From Adineta vaga (Eukaryota > Animalia > Rotifera), in contig CP075492.1 of the NCBI GenBank assembly GCA_021613535.1, forward strand, positions 310,001-374,000: a stretch of 64,000 bases of DNA. The letters run 5' to 3'. How positions within the stretch are numbered: the first letter of the stretch is position 1; each line of letters begins with the position of its first letter. This document shows, piece by piece, positions 52,105 through 64,000 of the stretch. Below the pieces are notes generated by a model. It worked only from the letters and a program-made list of their open reading frames with translations, did not search any database and had not been told where the DNA came from. A program made the position numbers and the translations under genes.

Positions 52105-53175
52105 ATGAGAGACAATAAGATTATTAAGAAAATGTCTTCAACAACATGTCTTGAACAATTACCAGCTGAATTACTCTTAATTATATTTTCGTTCATGGTA
52201 GGTAATGATTTGATCAATGCCTTCGCGAATCTAAACTCATACTTCAATAGTATACTTCACTCGTCGTTTTTTCAACTTCATCTGTTTGAGAATAAAAATA
52301 CGATTGACTTTCCACATGTTTATATAAAAAATATTCGGTCATTAAGTGACATTAAATATACTAGATGTGCACATCGATTTGTTGATCTGTATATATCTCA
52401 ACTCAAACATCTTCAATCTCTTACAATCAATGTAGACCATTCTAATAACACGCCTATCACTTCAATTCTCCCACAACTCACCGATCTCGAATATTTAAAT
52501 ATTCGATTTAAATATATGGACGATAGTTCGACTATACTTTTAGCAATATTTTCTTTGCCTAAACTTCGCGTATGCATTGTTAACGGGAGGCGTCATAGTC
52601 TTAGAGCAATATCGACGATTGATCATACACCAATAAATAACTCTATTGTACGTCTCAATATTCAAAGCAGACTCCAAACAAGTTTTTTTCATTCTATTTT
52701 ATATCGACTATCCTGCTTACGTTCTCTACAAGTGACATATTTGACTCGCAATACTCGTTCATTGCTACCAGAAAACACTCTTCCGAACTTGAAAGTGATA
52801 ATATTTACGGACAGTGGTATACAAGTTTCTGATTTAGATGAAATTCTAGAAAAATTACCGAATCTTGAATTAATTTGCGTTGGACCAATCAGGGTGAATG
52901 AAAATAAGTTTGAAGAAATGTTATTAGATCAACGATGGATGAAATCTTTCGATCATATCAAACGGATTGATATTGAAATAGAATGGTCTTTCTTTACGGA
53001 AGGAAGAAAAGAAGATATGCGTACACGACTTCCTCTGTCACATCCAGGATTAAGAGGCCCTTTTCATCAATACTTCGATGGAAGCGACGACGAACATATT
53101 TTTCATTTCTATATCGATTTTAATAGAAATATGAAGACAAAAGACAAATGGGGAATGGAACGAGAGATTTTCTAA
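52105..53175 (+). CDS. F-box protein with LRR-like C-terminus (start probably the ATG at 52132)
   Basis: LEQLPAELLLIIFSFM...DLINAFANLNSYFNSIL is F-box-like. LxxLxxLxI repeats follow. Confidence 0.8.
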   Translation: MRDNKIIKKMSSTTCLEQLPAELLLIIFSFMVGNDLINAFANLNSYFNSILHSSFFQLHLFENKNTIDFPHVYIKNIRSLSDIKYTRCAHRFVDLYISQLKHLQSLTINVDHSNNTPITSILPQLTDLEYLNIRFKYMDDSSTILLAIFSLPKLRVCIVNGRRHSLRAISTIDHTPINNSIVRLNIQSRLQTSFFHSILYRLSCLRSLQVTYLTRNTRSLLPENTLPNLKVIIFTDSGIQVSDLDEILEKLPNLELICVGPIRVNENKFEEMLLDQRWMKSFDHIKRIDIEIEWSFFTEGRKEDMRTRLPLSHPGLRGPFHQYFDGSDDEHIFHFYIDFNRNMKTKDKWGMEREIF

Positions 53176-53506
53176 AAGATCGAAAAATTCAAATTCGCGG
53201 GATATTTTCATTATATGATCATTTTTTTTTCATATGGAAATAAATTTTAACTAAAATAAAATTCATTTGATATTCTGTAAGATGTGCATGTAAAAAGCAA
53301 TCATATCGAGAGAAAAACATTTATATTATGTATATCATAGCAAATATACTGAGATTTTTCTTTTTGATGCTATGACTTTTATTAATATATACGATCATAA
53401 TTTTATGATAGAGACATTCTTTTCTTTGCTTTTTTAAATTACTTTTCATCTACAAAACGTATTTTTCGAATTGTGAAGTTTCATAACAATATGTATTTGT
53501 CATTAA

Positions 53507-54145
53507 TCAAAACAGATAATTTGGCATGACAGATAAAATACGGAGTTTTGCTTGATTATATGTCACGTTGATAGCTTTGGCAAACATAAGTTCGACAAAT
53601 TTTTGACAATTTAGCTTTTTATGTGATATTGGAAATAACAGTTGATAATTATGGTTTGAAAATAAGTTTGCATAATCTCGTAATGTTTTCTCATTGAATG
53701 ACGATGAATCTTTCTGTATAATTGTTCATGAAAATCGTTTATGATAACTGTTATACAAATATGGATTATTAGACTGCGAAATGACACCAATATGGATGCG
53801 AGGTTTAATTGGAGCAGTCAATTCATAAATAATTCCATTAATTTGAATACACCAATGATAAACAACAACACCAGATAAAAGGGTGCAACTGATTAGTAGT
53901 TCATCAAGACTTCTTCTACCAATCCAAATACCTTTTTCCATATTTGACATACTACGAAAACCATTTATCAAGTTTCGAGGTACTTTTGCTAGATATAAAT
54001 CAGCGACATCCGTTTCCAATGAATAATCAGCTTCATCTTTATCACCAACACATTTATAAACAACTCCACGAATGAGACCATACGGAATACCAATAGGAGG
54101 AATACGTTTGCAGATATCAAAAACTTTTCTTTCGGTTTGAACCAT
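53507..54145 (-). pseudogene. LRAT/PPPDE-like permuted papain-fold gene with an in-frame premature TGA
   Basis: His motif YHWCIQINGIIYEL. The frame continues past the TGA at 53728-53726 for 72 codons and contains NYQL...LNCQKFV (NC motif). Confidence 0.6.
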
Positions 54146-54399
54146 TCTGTATTCTACTAAATAATATTAAATAACTGTTATTCTCTTTGAAAACGTATAT
54201 CATATATATATATGCGCTTGTTTTTTGATCAAATCTGTTGACAAGTTCGAAAAAATATAATGATACGACAATAATTTAAATCATAAACTCGTTTCTCTTT
54301 CTCTTGAATCTGATAGTTATTAATCACATTGAAGATAAGGATTTAGGCACGTTACTTCCTCTTTACTTTATAAAATAAAGTAACATTCATAGTTTATTT

Positions 54400-56543
54400 T
54401 AAAATAAATGCGGAAACTTCGGATTTTATCTGAATGTTATGCGTACTGCAAAAAGTACATCAGATAGAAGACATAATAAAGTCATACCGAAATACCACTA
54501 TTTTCAATAACTCACAAATCGTTCGGCTGATCAGGCGCTTCTTCAAACTCAAGTGAGGTATCATTGTCGCAATATTCCGTAGAAAATTTCATCAGAACTG
54601 TACCAATACTTCAGGAATTATCGTGTCTATGAACGGATGAGCAGACGTACTAAACTGTTCAAACAGTGCACTCAGTTTCAGGCTTGCCAAATGAAAATTT
54701 TAGAAATCAGGGATTTTTGAAAAAAAATCAGGAGTTTATCAGGAGAATTTTTCTTAGAAATCAGGAGAAAAACCAGGAGATTTTCTTTAGATGTTCAAGA
54801 ACGTTTATATAATTTTTACTGTACAAGTTACACTCATCTAAAAACTTGCTCAAATGTTTCTGGTAGAATCTATGTTCTTCACTGTTACTGAACTTTTTAT
54901 TCACCCAGTTTGCAAAAAATTGACCTTATATTCGAGCTCCACGACTTCAACTATTCGTCGGTGAATCCTTACCAAAAATTATTATTTTTTCGTAGAAGCA
55001 AAGATGTTTTTTTATCCAAAACAATAGGACCTATTCTTTTCAAATTATTGTCAAATCCAGATTTCCTATCTTCTATTACCCTTTAGTCAAGTATTAGGTT
55101 AAATGATCTCTCTTGTTTTTATTTATCTTCCGATCAATCAGTGAAATGCGACCACTAAACAAGTAAATAATTTATTCTTGCAAAAATCCTTTTCTATGAG
55201 AATCAGAATAATATTTAACTTTTGCCTTTTGCCTTAGTGTTTGCCTATACCTTTACAGACGTGTCGCTCTTCTATTACAAAGTAACTATAAAAGAATTCC
55301 ATATAACTAAAGGAAACTGAAAGAAATGCTCATTTCACAAAATTTATTTCTATATTTATTCTATGAATAATTATTAGCAAATGAATATTAACTTCTCGAT
55401 TAATATAGAACAAAACATAAAGCAGAAAGTATGTAATTAAGTAATTACTATTAAATTGGTGGCTTTTTTCAATGAGACTATATTTCTCTGAGTATATTCG
55501 ATTTAGTGAACACATAAACACAAAACTGTAGATGCCAAATGGATGTTCATATAGTTTGGAATTCTACTTCAGCTAAAACATGTGTCATCTGGTTTCTGAT
55601 TGTTGTCAAAAAAAACATCATGTATCTAAAAACTGATTTAGAAAAAGCATTCGACACAGAAATAGTTAATACAATCTATTGAATTCTGCTTATTTTCTCG
55701 TTTTCTCCACCAAATTTGTATAAACGAGAAGGTGTCTGTCAATTTCGACAAAGGGAAAGCGAAAATCCGGAGAAAAGGTAAAAAACCAGGAGACTCCTGA
55801 TCAAATCAGGAGGTTTGGCAGCCCTGCTTAGTTTTCATCATATGAAATAAATTATCTGGCTTATGCATATACCACCTATTTTCATCTTGTCTGTTACCAT
55901 AAAACTTTACATAGGTCAACTTCTTATCTTTACTTTTGTGCCAACACTTTATGGACGTTTCTCTAGACCTAGGAAACCAACTGAGAAACTATGGTGACGT
56001 TATTTACGTGGAACATCTTGACTGACACTTCACCCGGGTTAACCTCGCCCTCATCGTCATCCGCACTCCTTCCTCATGTTCCAAAAAGTTCTCGACGTTA
56101 TTCCGTGCCTAGGAAACCACCATATAAAGTTTGGAGATTTTACCCATCATAAAACCATCTGGGTGAAATTTCACCCAGATCACTTATATCACCCACATTC
56201 ACTCTCAGGACTTGAGGACACAAAGGTAATGCACATGAAGCCCAACAGACCGATATATCCTGTGAAGATGACGAAAAAAAATTTTTAGCAAAAAATCCCC
56301 GTACTCCTCCTCAGGGATGGTCTGGCCACTTTTCAGTATTTTTACGAGGAGTCAAGCAATTCTTGACCGATCGGTCTCATCTTCGAACTCGACTGAGATA
56401 TTAATGAGGCTAAACTGTGTGGAAAATTTCAGCTCGTTCTGCCTCTTCTTTGGAAAGTTATCGTGTAAACGGACGGACGGACGGACGGACGGACACACTG
56501 ACCGATTTTAGTAGTGTACTCACTTTTTGAGTACACAAAAAAG
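54400..56543 (-). mobile_element. Helentron-associated (HINE/DINE-1-like) non-autonomous element with a nested hAT MITE
   Basis: The minus strand begins with T-run-GTGTACTCA...TGAGTACAC (9-bp stem) followed by a (GTCC)n microsatellite. An imperfect sub-terminal inverted copy TTATGCGTACT lies near 54437, with a weak hairpin near 54410. The left boundary is approximate. Confidence 0.55.
54679..55826. mobile_element. hAT-type MITE (1148 bp)
   Basis: TIRs CAGGCTTGCCAAA / TTTGGCAGCCCTG. 8-bp TSD CTCAGTTT / CTTAGTTT (1 mismatch). Subterminal AATCAGGAG repeats at both ends. Confidence 0.82.
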
Positions 56544-56817
56544 ATTCATCCACTGATATTCTTTTTACTATATGTGATAGAATTTGCTCATGGTAAATCG
56601 TGACGTTTAATGAATAAACGTAAATAGTATCAAATTCAGGACTTATAAATCAGATACCTTCATGTTTGACATGTATTGTTTTACCAGTCATTTTATCTAA
56701 GGCATGACTAGAGTATGTCTGAAATATTGATTATTTATTTTTTAATTTGAAAAAAAGAATAAAAGTAAATTATGTTCTGAATTAAGATAAAACAGAATCG
56801 TTTTGTCGATCATTTTT

Positions 56818-59800
56818 CTACCCATATAGCGTTTCATACATCAACAAGTTTTCATGTAGAATAACAAGAGAACCTTGCAAATCTTTTGTTAAACTATGAT
56901 TAGGTCCAAAAGCATTGCGAGCGAACTCGATAGCTCGTTCAGTACAAACGATAGCTTCTTTATATCGTCCGAGCTCATCTAATGTTATTATGATGTCGGA
57001 CTGTACGGAGATCAAGTATTTATGATCAAAAGAAGGTGTTTTCTGCATAATAGCAAATGCTTTCTCGAAGTATGAAAGTGCATCAGTGTAATTTTCTATC
57101 GATTGAAATAGTTTGCCCATATTGTGGTAGACTACAGCCAGATCACAATGTTGAAATGGATGATCTTTCGGTCTGCTATCAAGTTCTAACTGAAAGTACG
57201 ATAGTGCATTTGAAAAGTTCCCCATTGCTTGATATACAAAAGCAATTCTGGCAAAAATATTCATAGATGATATTTGATTGGATGAATGAATTTTCTTTGA
57301 AATTTCGAGTACACTCTCATAATATGAGAGTGCTTTTGAGTAATTACCCATTGATCGATATACATCACCGATATTTATGATAATGCTTGCTAGGCAAAAC
57401 TGATTGATTGGAGAAGATGTTTTTTGAATTTCAAGAGCTTTTTCAAAGTATAAGAGTGCTTTAGAATAATCTTGTTTTGAATTATGTATTTGACCAATAT
57501 TACTATAAATAGAAGCCAACTGTGAACTATTCTGTGGAAATAACGTTTCGTATGTTTTCAATGTCTGTTCATATGATTCAAGTGCATTCGAATTATCACC
57601 CATCAATTGGCACACCGTGCTAATATTAACCTGACTAGTAATTAAATCTGGATGATTTGCCGGAAGAGATTTCTGTCGAATTTCAAACGCTTTCTTAAGA
57701 TACGAAAGTGCAGTTGTGTAATTATTCATTGATTTATATGCTGCACCTATATTATTGTAAGTGATAGCCAGTGATGGATGATTCTCTGGAAATAGTAGTT
57801 GTTGAATTTTCAATGTTTTTTCAAAATATGAGAGTGCAGATGAATAATCTTCTAGTGATAAATATACGACACCAATATTACTGTACATAACAGCCAGATC
57901 TGGATGATTCGGTGGAAGAGATTTCTCTTTGATTTCAACTGCCCTCTTCAATGATAAAAGTGCATTCGGATAATCTTCTGTTTCTCTATATAACAAAGAC
58001 ATATTGTTGCGGATACAAGTTATAGACTGATGATTAATTGGCAGAGAATTTTCTTTGGTATCAAGTATGTTTTTATAGTATGAGAACGCTTTTGAGTAAT
58101 TACCCATCATTTGATGAGTTGCAGCAATATTACTTTCAGTGGTAGCCAAGTCTGGATGAGTTGGTGGAAGAGATTTCTCTTGAATCTGACGTGTTTTCTC
58201 TAAGAACAAAAGCGCATTCGAATAATTTCCCATGAGCATATAGACACCTGCAATATTACTGCTAGTGGTTGCCAATGATGGATGATTAGATGGAAGAGTA
58301 TTCTCTTGAATTTCTAATGTTTTTTCATAGTTTGAGAGCGCTTTCTGATAATCTCCTAAACAATGATATACCATTCCGATGTTACTGCAGATGGTTCCCG
58401 ACAATGAATGATCTGATGAATGATAATTTTGTCTGATCTTGAGAGCAATCTCAAAATTTGACAATGCATTTGAGTAATCTCCCATCGATAGATATGCAAT
58501 TCCAATATTATTATAAGTACTATCAAGCGAACGATAATTGAATGGACTTAATTTGCGTTCAATTTCAAGTATTTTATTAAAATATAAAAGTGCAGTTGAG
58601 TAATCTCCTGTAGAATGATATACTAGACCGAGTTCATTATACATAGGAAGCACCGTGTTGAAAATTTGTTTCAAATCGATGTCTGATATCGATATTGTCT
58701 TGAGTAGAGCATCATAGATTTCTATAGCTTTATCATAAGCACCCATTTTCAGCATCAGAATACCTAGAGAATGCCATCCTGAACTACCTTTGATCTCATT
58801 TCGAATAAATTCCGTTAAAACTTTTAATTGTTGATCATTATCTTTCGTCAATATAAGATTTACTTCCCATAATCGATCTTCAATTTGTTTCATTTCCTTA
58901 ATGCGAAATACACTATGCATGGAGAAAAGAATTTCTTGTTCAAATTCAGAGAAATAACTAAGAGTTTCTATAAAAGCAAATGAAGTTGATGACATTTCTG
59001 GATCGATTTCTATTTGAAACAAAACACCTGTTTTCAAAGGATCGTCTCGAGAACTTTGTGCATAAGCAAACGCCACTGCATGATCAGCACTTGTAGACAA
59101 GAAACTATTAAATGACAAGAGACCACATTGTTTTTTTCGTAATACTTCAAAATGAGCATTTAACATTCCTTGACCTCGATATGTGATTATTTTTGTTACT
59201 GGACGTGTTTTTGTGTGAATTTGTTTCAGTTGGCAATGAAGATCACAAATAAAAAAAGCCATTTTAATAATAGTTTCAATATCTTGTATTCGAAGAGCTT
59301 GATTAAGTTCTTTATAAATAAATATTTCTTTGGTATACCACCAAATAGGTGAATGTTCTTTATAATCTCGTCCGAATTCATAGATTTTCTTCAGTTCGAT
59401 ACTATTTCCAGCGTATCGAACAGAAATAAAATCGATAAATTCTTGTTTTGCTTGTTGATTATGTTCGATTTTAAAAAGTATTTCTGTAAGTAATTGTGAA
59501 TACATAAATGACTGATCCAGTTCATCATAACCTGTGCAAAGATTACCAGAAACCATACCGATAGGTATTAAGTCGGTTGTAGATCGCCGAATCTCTCGTC
59601 TTAGTGCATCGGAAATTGTGTTCATTTGAGTAAAAATACCTTTAATCTTTTTAAAACTACCTTCCGCCAACTGTTCATACTGGAAATGATGGTTCGATAA
59701 GACATAAATCGACTTGAGTTGAGGAATATTTTCAATAAGTGGAATTATTTGCCGACCAAACGAATACGAAACAATTATAATAACTAATTCATCTTGAACA

Positions 59801-59970
59801 TCAGTAATCAAATCGATACATTCATCGAAATCAGTCAATGATATCATTCGATCAGAAACTTCTTGAAGTTGAATTATATTATTTTTTACATCATCATTGG
59901 AAAAATTGATGTTTGGATCGAGCCAAATAACGAGAAAACTTTCAATAATATTAAATTGAGAATTATTCAT
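56818..59970 (-). CDS. ADP-ribosyltransferase (R-S-E clade) with N-terminal WLD-motif domain and a C-terminal TPR array
   Basis: 1050-aa ORF with TYRGQ, FLSTS and FEQEILF. About 15 TPR units of 42 aa (LAxxYxNIGxVYxxMGDYSxALSYFEKxLEI...PxNHP). Confidence 0.9.
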   Translation of the reverse strand: MNNSQFNIIESFLVIWLDPNINFSNDDVKNNIIQLQEVSDRMISLTDFDECIDLITDVQDELVIIIVSYSFGRQIIPLIENIPQLKSIYVLSNHHFQYEQLAEGSFKKIKGIFTQMNTISDALRREIRRSTTDLIPIGMVSGNLCTGYDELDQSFMYSQLLTEILFKIEHNQQAKQEFIDFISVRYAGNSIELKKIYEFGRDYKEHSPIWWYTKEIFIYKELNQALRIQDIETIIKMAFFICDLHCQLKQIHTKTRPVTKIITYRGQGMLNAHFEVLRKKQCGLLSFNSFLSTSADHAVAFAYAQSSRDDPLKTGVLFQIEIDPEMSSTSFAFIETLSYFSEFEQEILFSMHSVFRIKEMKQIEDRLWEVNLILTKDNDQQLKVLTEFIRNEIKGSSGWHSLGILMLKMGAYDKAIEIYDALLKTISISDIDLKQIFNTVLPMYNELGLVYHSTGDYSTALLYFNKILEIERKLSPFNYRSLDSTYNNIGIAYLSMGDYSNALSNFEIALKIRQNYHSSDHSLSGTICSNIGMVYHCLGDYQKALSNYEKTLEIQENTLPSNHPSLATTSSNIAGVYMLMGNYSNALLFLEKTRQIQEKSLPPTHPDLATTESNIAATHQMMGNYSKAFSYYKNILDTKENSLPINHQSITCIRNNMSLLYRETEDYPNALLSLKRAVEIKEKSLPPNHPDLAVMYSNIGVVYLSLEDYSSALSYFEKTLKIQQLLFPENHPSLAITYNNIGAAYKSMNNYTTALSYLKKAFEIRQKSLPANHPDLITSQVNISTVCQLMGDNSNALESYEQTLKTYETLFPQNSSQLASIYSNIGQIHNSKQDYSKALLYFEKALEIQKTSSPINQFCLASIIINIGDVYRSMGNYSKALSYYESVLEISKKIHSSNQISSMNIFARIAFVYQAMGNFSNALSYFQLELDSRPKDHPFQHCDLAVVYHNMGKLFQSIENYTDALSYFEKAFAIMQKTPSFDHKYLISVQSDIIITLDELGRYKEAIVCTERAIEFARNAFGPNHSLTKDLQGSLVILHENLLMYETLYG

Positions 59971-60533
59971 CTATCTATAGATATAAAGAAGAATATTTGT
60001 TTGTTCACTATGCATTCAGACCCTGCGATAGCATAAACTTAAACTTAAAGTTTATGACTTTTCTGACCCAAATGAAGTGAATGTACACAGATGGAATAAA
60101 ATCTGAGAGAGAGAGAGAGAGAGATGAGTTTTGCAGCGGAATTTGTAAAAGAACGAGTGGATTTAGAATTCTATATAGTATAAGTGGTTCTGTCTCAGAT
60201 ATAGATGAAAGTTTTCAAGAATAACTCTCTCTTTCTTTTCTGACATGAAGTTTTCATTTCAGTCTGAAAGATTCTACACTAACATAAATTTGTCTACTAA
60301 CCATACTTTCGTTTTGTCATTGTTAATATAACTCGAAAACTTTATGAATCTTTTTTGAATTTTTGTGTGTCTTTGTCTTTTTTTATTGACATACTTAAGA
60401 TAAGAGACTTGATATCTCCATTTTGATACTTCACATTATCAAAAACGAGTAAAAAGATTCTTATTTTCTTCATCCTCACCCACAATATTTATATTAATTG
60501 TTTTTTTTTAAATCATTGATATAAAAATAAATT

Positions 60534-61984
60534 TTATTCTTTATTAGTTTGTTTAAATTCATTCCAAAGTTTTTGGAAATTCTCCACCTCAATTACTTGT
60601 CTATCTTGAGGAAAATTGAATAAATCCCAATTTTCATTACAACTTTCATTTTGACAAACAAATGGCATTTGTTTTAATTCTTCTTGTTTATTTTCATTGA
60701 TCCAATGAATAAATTTTTCCACAAGAAGTTATAACATATAACGAACAACATTTGTTTCTGCAAAACTCCAATTTCCATCATGACTACTCGTTGTACCAAC
60801 TAACAAGTTTTCTTCATATTGAGATAAAACTACTTGAAAAAGTAATGGTACATAATGAAATGCCATACTTATAGTTAAACAATTGAGATTTTTTCGACCA
60901 GGAACACAATTTGAATAACTATCTTGAAATATTTGATTAAAATGACTAAAAGCATAATGTTCACCATTTAAATCTAATGCTTCTTTTAAAGGAATCTTTA
61001 AATCAATATAAAAATCTTCATAAATCCAACAAAATTCATCACAACACTTTTGATAATATCCTTTCATAAGATTAACCATCAAAGACATGAAAAGTTCTTT
61101 ATTTTCTGGATAGAAAAATATAGATAATGCTTCATTTGGTGTTAAACTTTGTTTAAAAGATACAAATTGTAATGTATTCATTAAAACTCCAACAGTTGCT
61201 TGTTTAACATGATCCAAATAATTTTGATTTTTACTAATTTCACACATTGTTTCTTCTTCTGAAGTATAATACTAATCATCATTGTTTTTATATATTCTCT
61301 CTATATACATGGTGTAATGTATGTATGACGTCATTTTCGACAATATATAATTGTAAACATATTTTCCCTAGATTTTTTTCATGACGTGTAACTAAAAATG
61401 ATGTTATAAAAACAAATGTTCTTCCTTTTTATTTAAATTATAGATAAAAATATATGAAATTAAATGATTTTTATCCTTTACGAAAAGAAGATTTCGACAG
61501 ATGAATAGAAGAACCATGCCAAGTCTTACTTTGATATCTATCAGCATGGAAAGATTGTCGATTATATTCAAAGTTAGGTTGAGGTACAAATGTATCATCA
61601 ATCGGTGAATATTTTTCATTTGAAAGATGATCATCATCATTATCAGATATTTTTTCATAATTTGATTGTTGTACATTAACTGATCTTGAAAGTGTTGTGG
61701 ATTTTATTGATGATGAAGATCGATTATTATTTATTCTTAAAAATTTTTGAATTCGATGATTATTTGAACCAAATTGAATTTTAATTGGTTAATTTAAATG
61801 ATATTGATCATGACCTGGTTCATTATAAATTCCTACAATGGTTTTTATATTAAATAGATTATCAATTTATATTTGTAATATTCGATGATGTTCACTATCA
61901 ATAATAAATAAATTATCACCATAAATGATAAGATTTAATGGACCTTTAAGAATATTTTCTGGAAAGTCTATCTTTTTCATCATA
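60534..61984 (-). pseudogene. Degraded gene with NHL-repeat-like N-terminal remnant
   Basis: Reads LKGPLNLIIYGDNLFIIDSEHHRILQ* and NNHRIQKF with in-frame stops, followed by frameshifted fragments (60729-61247, 60534-60722). Confidence 0.45.
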
Positions 61985-62183
61985 CTTTGTGTAGTTCTTT
62001 TCCTTCACTGAATTAAACTTACTTTACTTCGATAAGATAATAGTATGTTTTTGATTTATTCACTCAAATATGTTCTTTCTGTTGAATGCTACACGAAGAA
62101 AAGAGATATATAAAAAACAAGGCGTTTATAGAGTTACGAAAAACTCATTTCTAATTTCTAGCATTCGAGTCCGTTATTAGGAG

Positions 62184-62777
62184 TCAACCGACTATGGAGC
62201 CGAGTAATGACGTATCATTTGTACATCTAAGTGAACCAGTACCAATTGTAAACCATCCTGTCTTACATTTTCTACATTTTGTTTGTTGAAATAATGCATT
62301 ATATTCACCAATAGGACACGGTAATGGTTCGTTTGTTTTATCTAGACAGTAGTGTCCTTGGGGACATTTGACACAGTAAGTTGATCCACTATATTCGTTG
62401 TAGTAACCTTCCTTACATGGACGGCATAGCGTTTGTCCAGGTTGATCAGTGTAAGTTCCAGGAGGACATTGCAGAGGAAGAACAGAGGCATCGGATGAGT
62501 AATCACCCTTATATGTACGGAAGCAGAATGATGATCCTTCATACTCAGTATAATCACCAGGGGGACATTTTCGACATTTCACTTGACCATAGAGATTATT
62601 GTAGGTACCTGGTGGACACGCCATTTTTACACCATTCGAGCAATAATGGCCTTTATCGCAACGATAGCATTCTTCGAAATCGGTACTGTAATACTGGCCC
62701 GGTGAGCAGGTATTTTGTGCTTGCACGATAAAATCAACAGAATACAAGAGATAAAAATTTATAATGTGAAGAAGCAT
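62184..62777 (-). CDS. Secreted cysteine-rich protein with ephrin-receptor-like (GCC2/GCC3) repeats
   Basis: Hydrophobic N-terminus from the ATG at 62777. Repeated CPPGTY...CxxCxxGxY units. No TM segment seen. Confidence 0.75.
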   Translation of the reverse strand: MLLHIINFYLLYSVDFIVQAQNTCSPGQYYSTDFEECYRCDKGHYCSNGVKMACPPGTYNNLYGQVKCRKCPPGDYTEYEGSSFCFRTYKGDYSSDASVLPLQCPPGTYTDQPGQTLCRPCKEGYYNEYSGSTYCVKCPQGHYCLDKTNEPLPCPIGEYNALFQQTKCRKCKTGWFTIGTGSLRCTNDTSLLGSIVG

Positions 62778-64000
62778 TTTACTTTCTAACAAAAAAATTA
62801 GTATGATTGTAATTAAATCAACTACTGCCTACTATAGTATTAAAAGATATTACATAATATATCAGAGATTTGTCATAATTTAAGTTCTACTAGAATGCAA
62901 AGTTATTTTCAAGAACAAAATTCGGTTAGAAAAGAAAAGAAATGAAAAAAAAACTTGAAAGAACGCTGCTAATTATTCATTCTTCTTTTATCGGTACGTG
63001 TAGATATGTATGCCTCGTTTTCTTCTATCTGTTTCTTCGCTTCATTGTTAATCATACGCACATAACTATTCTTATTGACACAATTTTGTACGAGCTTAAA
63101 TTTAATATAAACTACTTCGTGAAGTCATTTGTTCTTAAGATCGAATCAAAGAAATGCAACGTTTTTACACTATCCTATTGAAAAAATTTATCTATATTTT
63201 TAATTGATTAATTCATTAACAATAAATAGTCGATTATAATTATAGATTTTTTATAGAACTTTTTCAATACAGGTATTACAAAGCAAGTTATTTATTTATA
63301 TCTCTATAGATGTTTCTATTCAGTTCATTTAACACTTGACCAACATATCAATATAATCCAAACTTAAACCAATGTCAGCCGGTTATCCAATAATTGTTGT
63401 TTTTTGGTTTCCTTTTATAATTGGTTTGACCATATGTAGTTGGTACTGTCGTTACTATCGATGAAAGCAAGCAAAGGAACGATTTCTTCATCGGGTAGAA
63501 ATGGCTGCAGCTCAAGGTTAACCACGTATCGTCTATCATATACAACCAATTACTGTACCACTTCTACAAGAGTCAGCACCTTCAACTTACCAAAAATTAA
63601 TTTCTGCTCAACAATATACAGAATAAAATGAATTACTAATTCTCTGTTATATAACAAGTAACGCGGTAAAAATTGCCGCTGACCCTCTACTGAAAGGATA
63701 TAATAATTTCGCTTTTGTCACGTGGACTAAGAGCAGAATTGTTTCAATTCGTAAGTCCAATCAATTAATAATCTGTTCAACAGTCTTTTATTTATACTCA
63801 TCTTGCTTATTATAACCGTCTCAAACTAACGTCTAGTCATTCGTCGGCCTCCCTCCGGTCGGCCACTCACGGCTAGCCGTTGGTATGTAGTCATTTCCCG
63901 TTTTCACATCTCAAACCAATCCATTCTTACCGGATCAGTTCCTAATCGAGGATATTGCAACTTTATATAACAGTATGATGTTTATTACTGACTTTATTTT

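Noticed and set aside
63320-63880. Decayed membrane-protein frame and a GC-rich hairpin next to CTAG (possible Helitron or other element end)
   Set aside because: Multiple stops, and no second end or other copy in the window to support an element call.

Overview
AT-rich eukaryotic genomic DNA, most likely a bdelloid rotifer. That is inferred from many 47-63 bp GT-AG introns, TGTGGG telomere-like tracts and the mix of ART-TPR, F-box and GPCR families. The left half (1-31259, minus strand) is a two-gene biosynthetic cluster. A reducing type I PKS (KS-AT-DH-pseudoMT-ER-KR-ACP-pseudoTE) is followed 1.1 kb later by a long intron-split NRPS that runs off the left edge: C-C-A-T-C-C-A-T-C-C-A. The NRPS is built from ~6 kb tandem module copies. 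Their C, C, A-sub and T parts are nearly identical, but the substrate-binding A-core differs in each copy. Every internal C-domain boundary lies on a phase-1 intron, so the extra C domain and whole modules could be skipped in frame. An intact-looking P-superfamily transposon sits in one NRPS intron. The right half is a transposon-rich accessory region. It holds three ADP-ribosyltransferase-family genes (one full-length with TPRs, two disrupted), a GPCR, an F-box gene, a secreted Cys-rich gene and pseudogenes. It also holds a MULE, several MITEs and foldbacks, a Helentron-like element, and short inverted telomere-like units where three reading frames break. All exon boundaries and alignments were done by eye.
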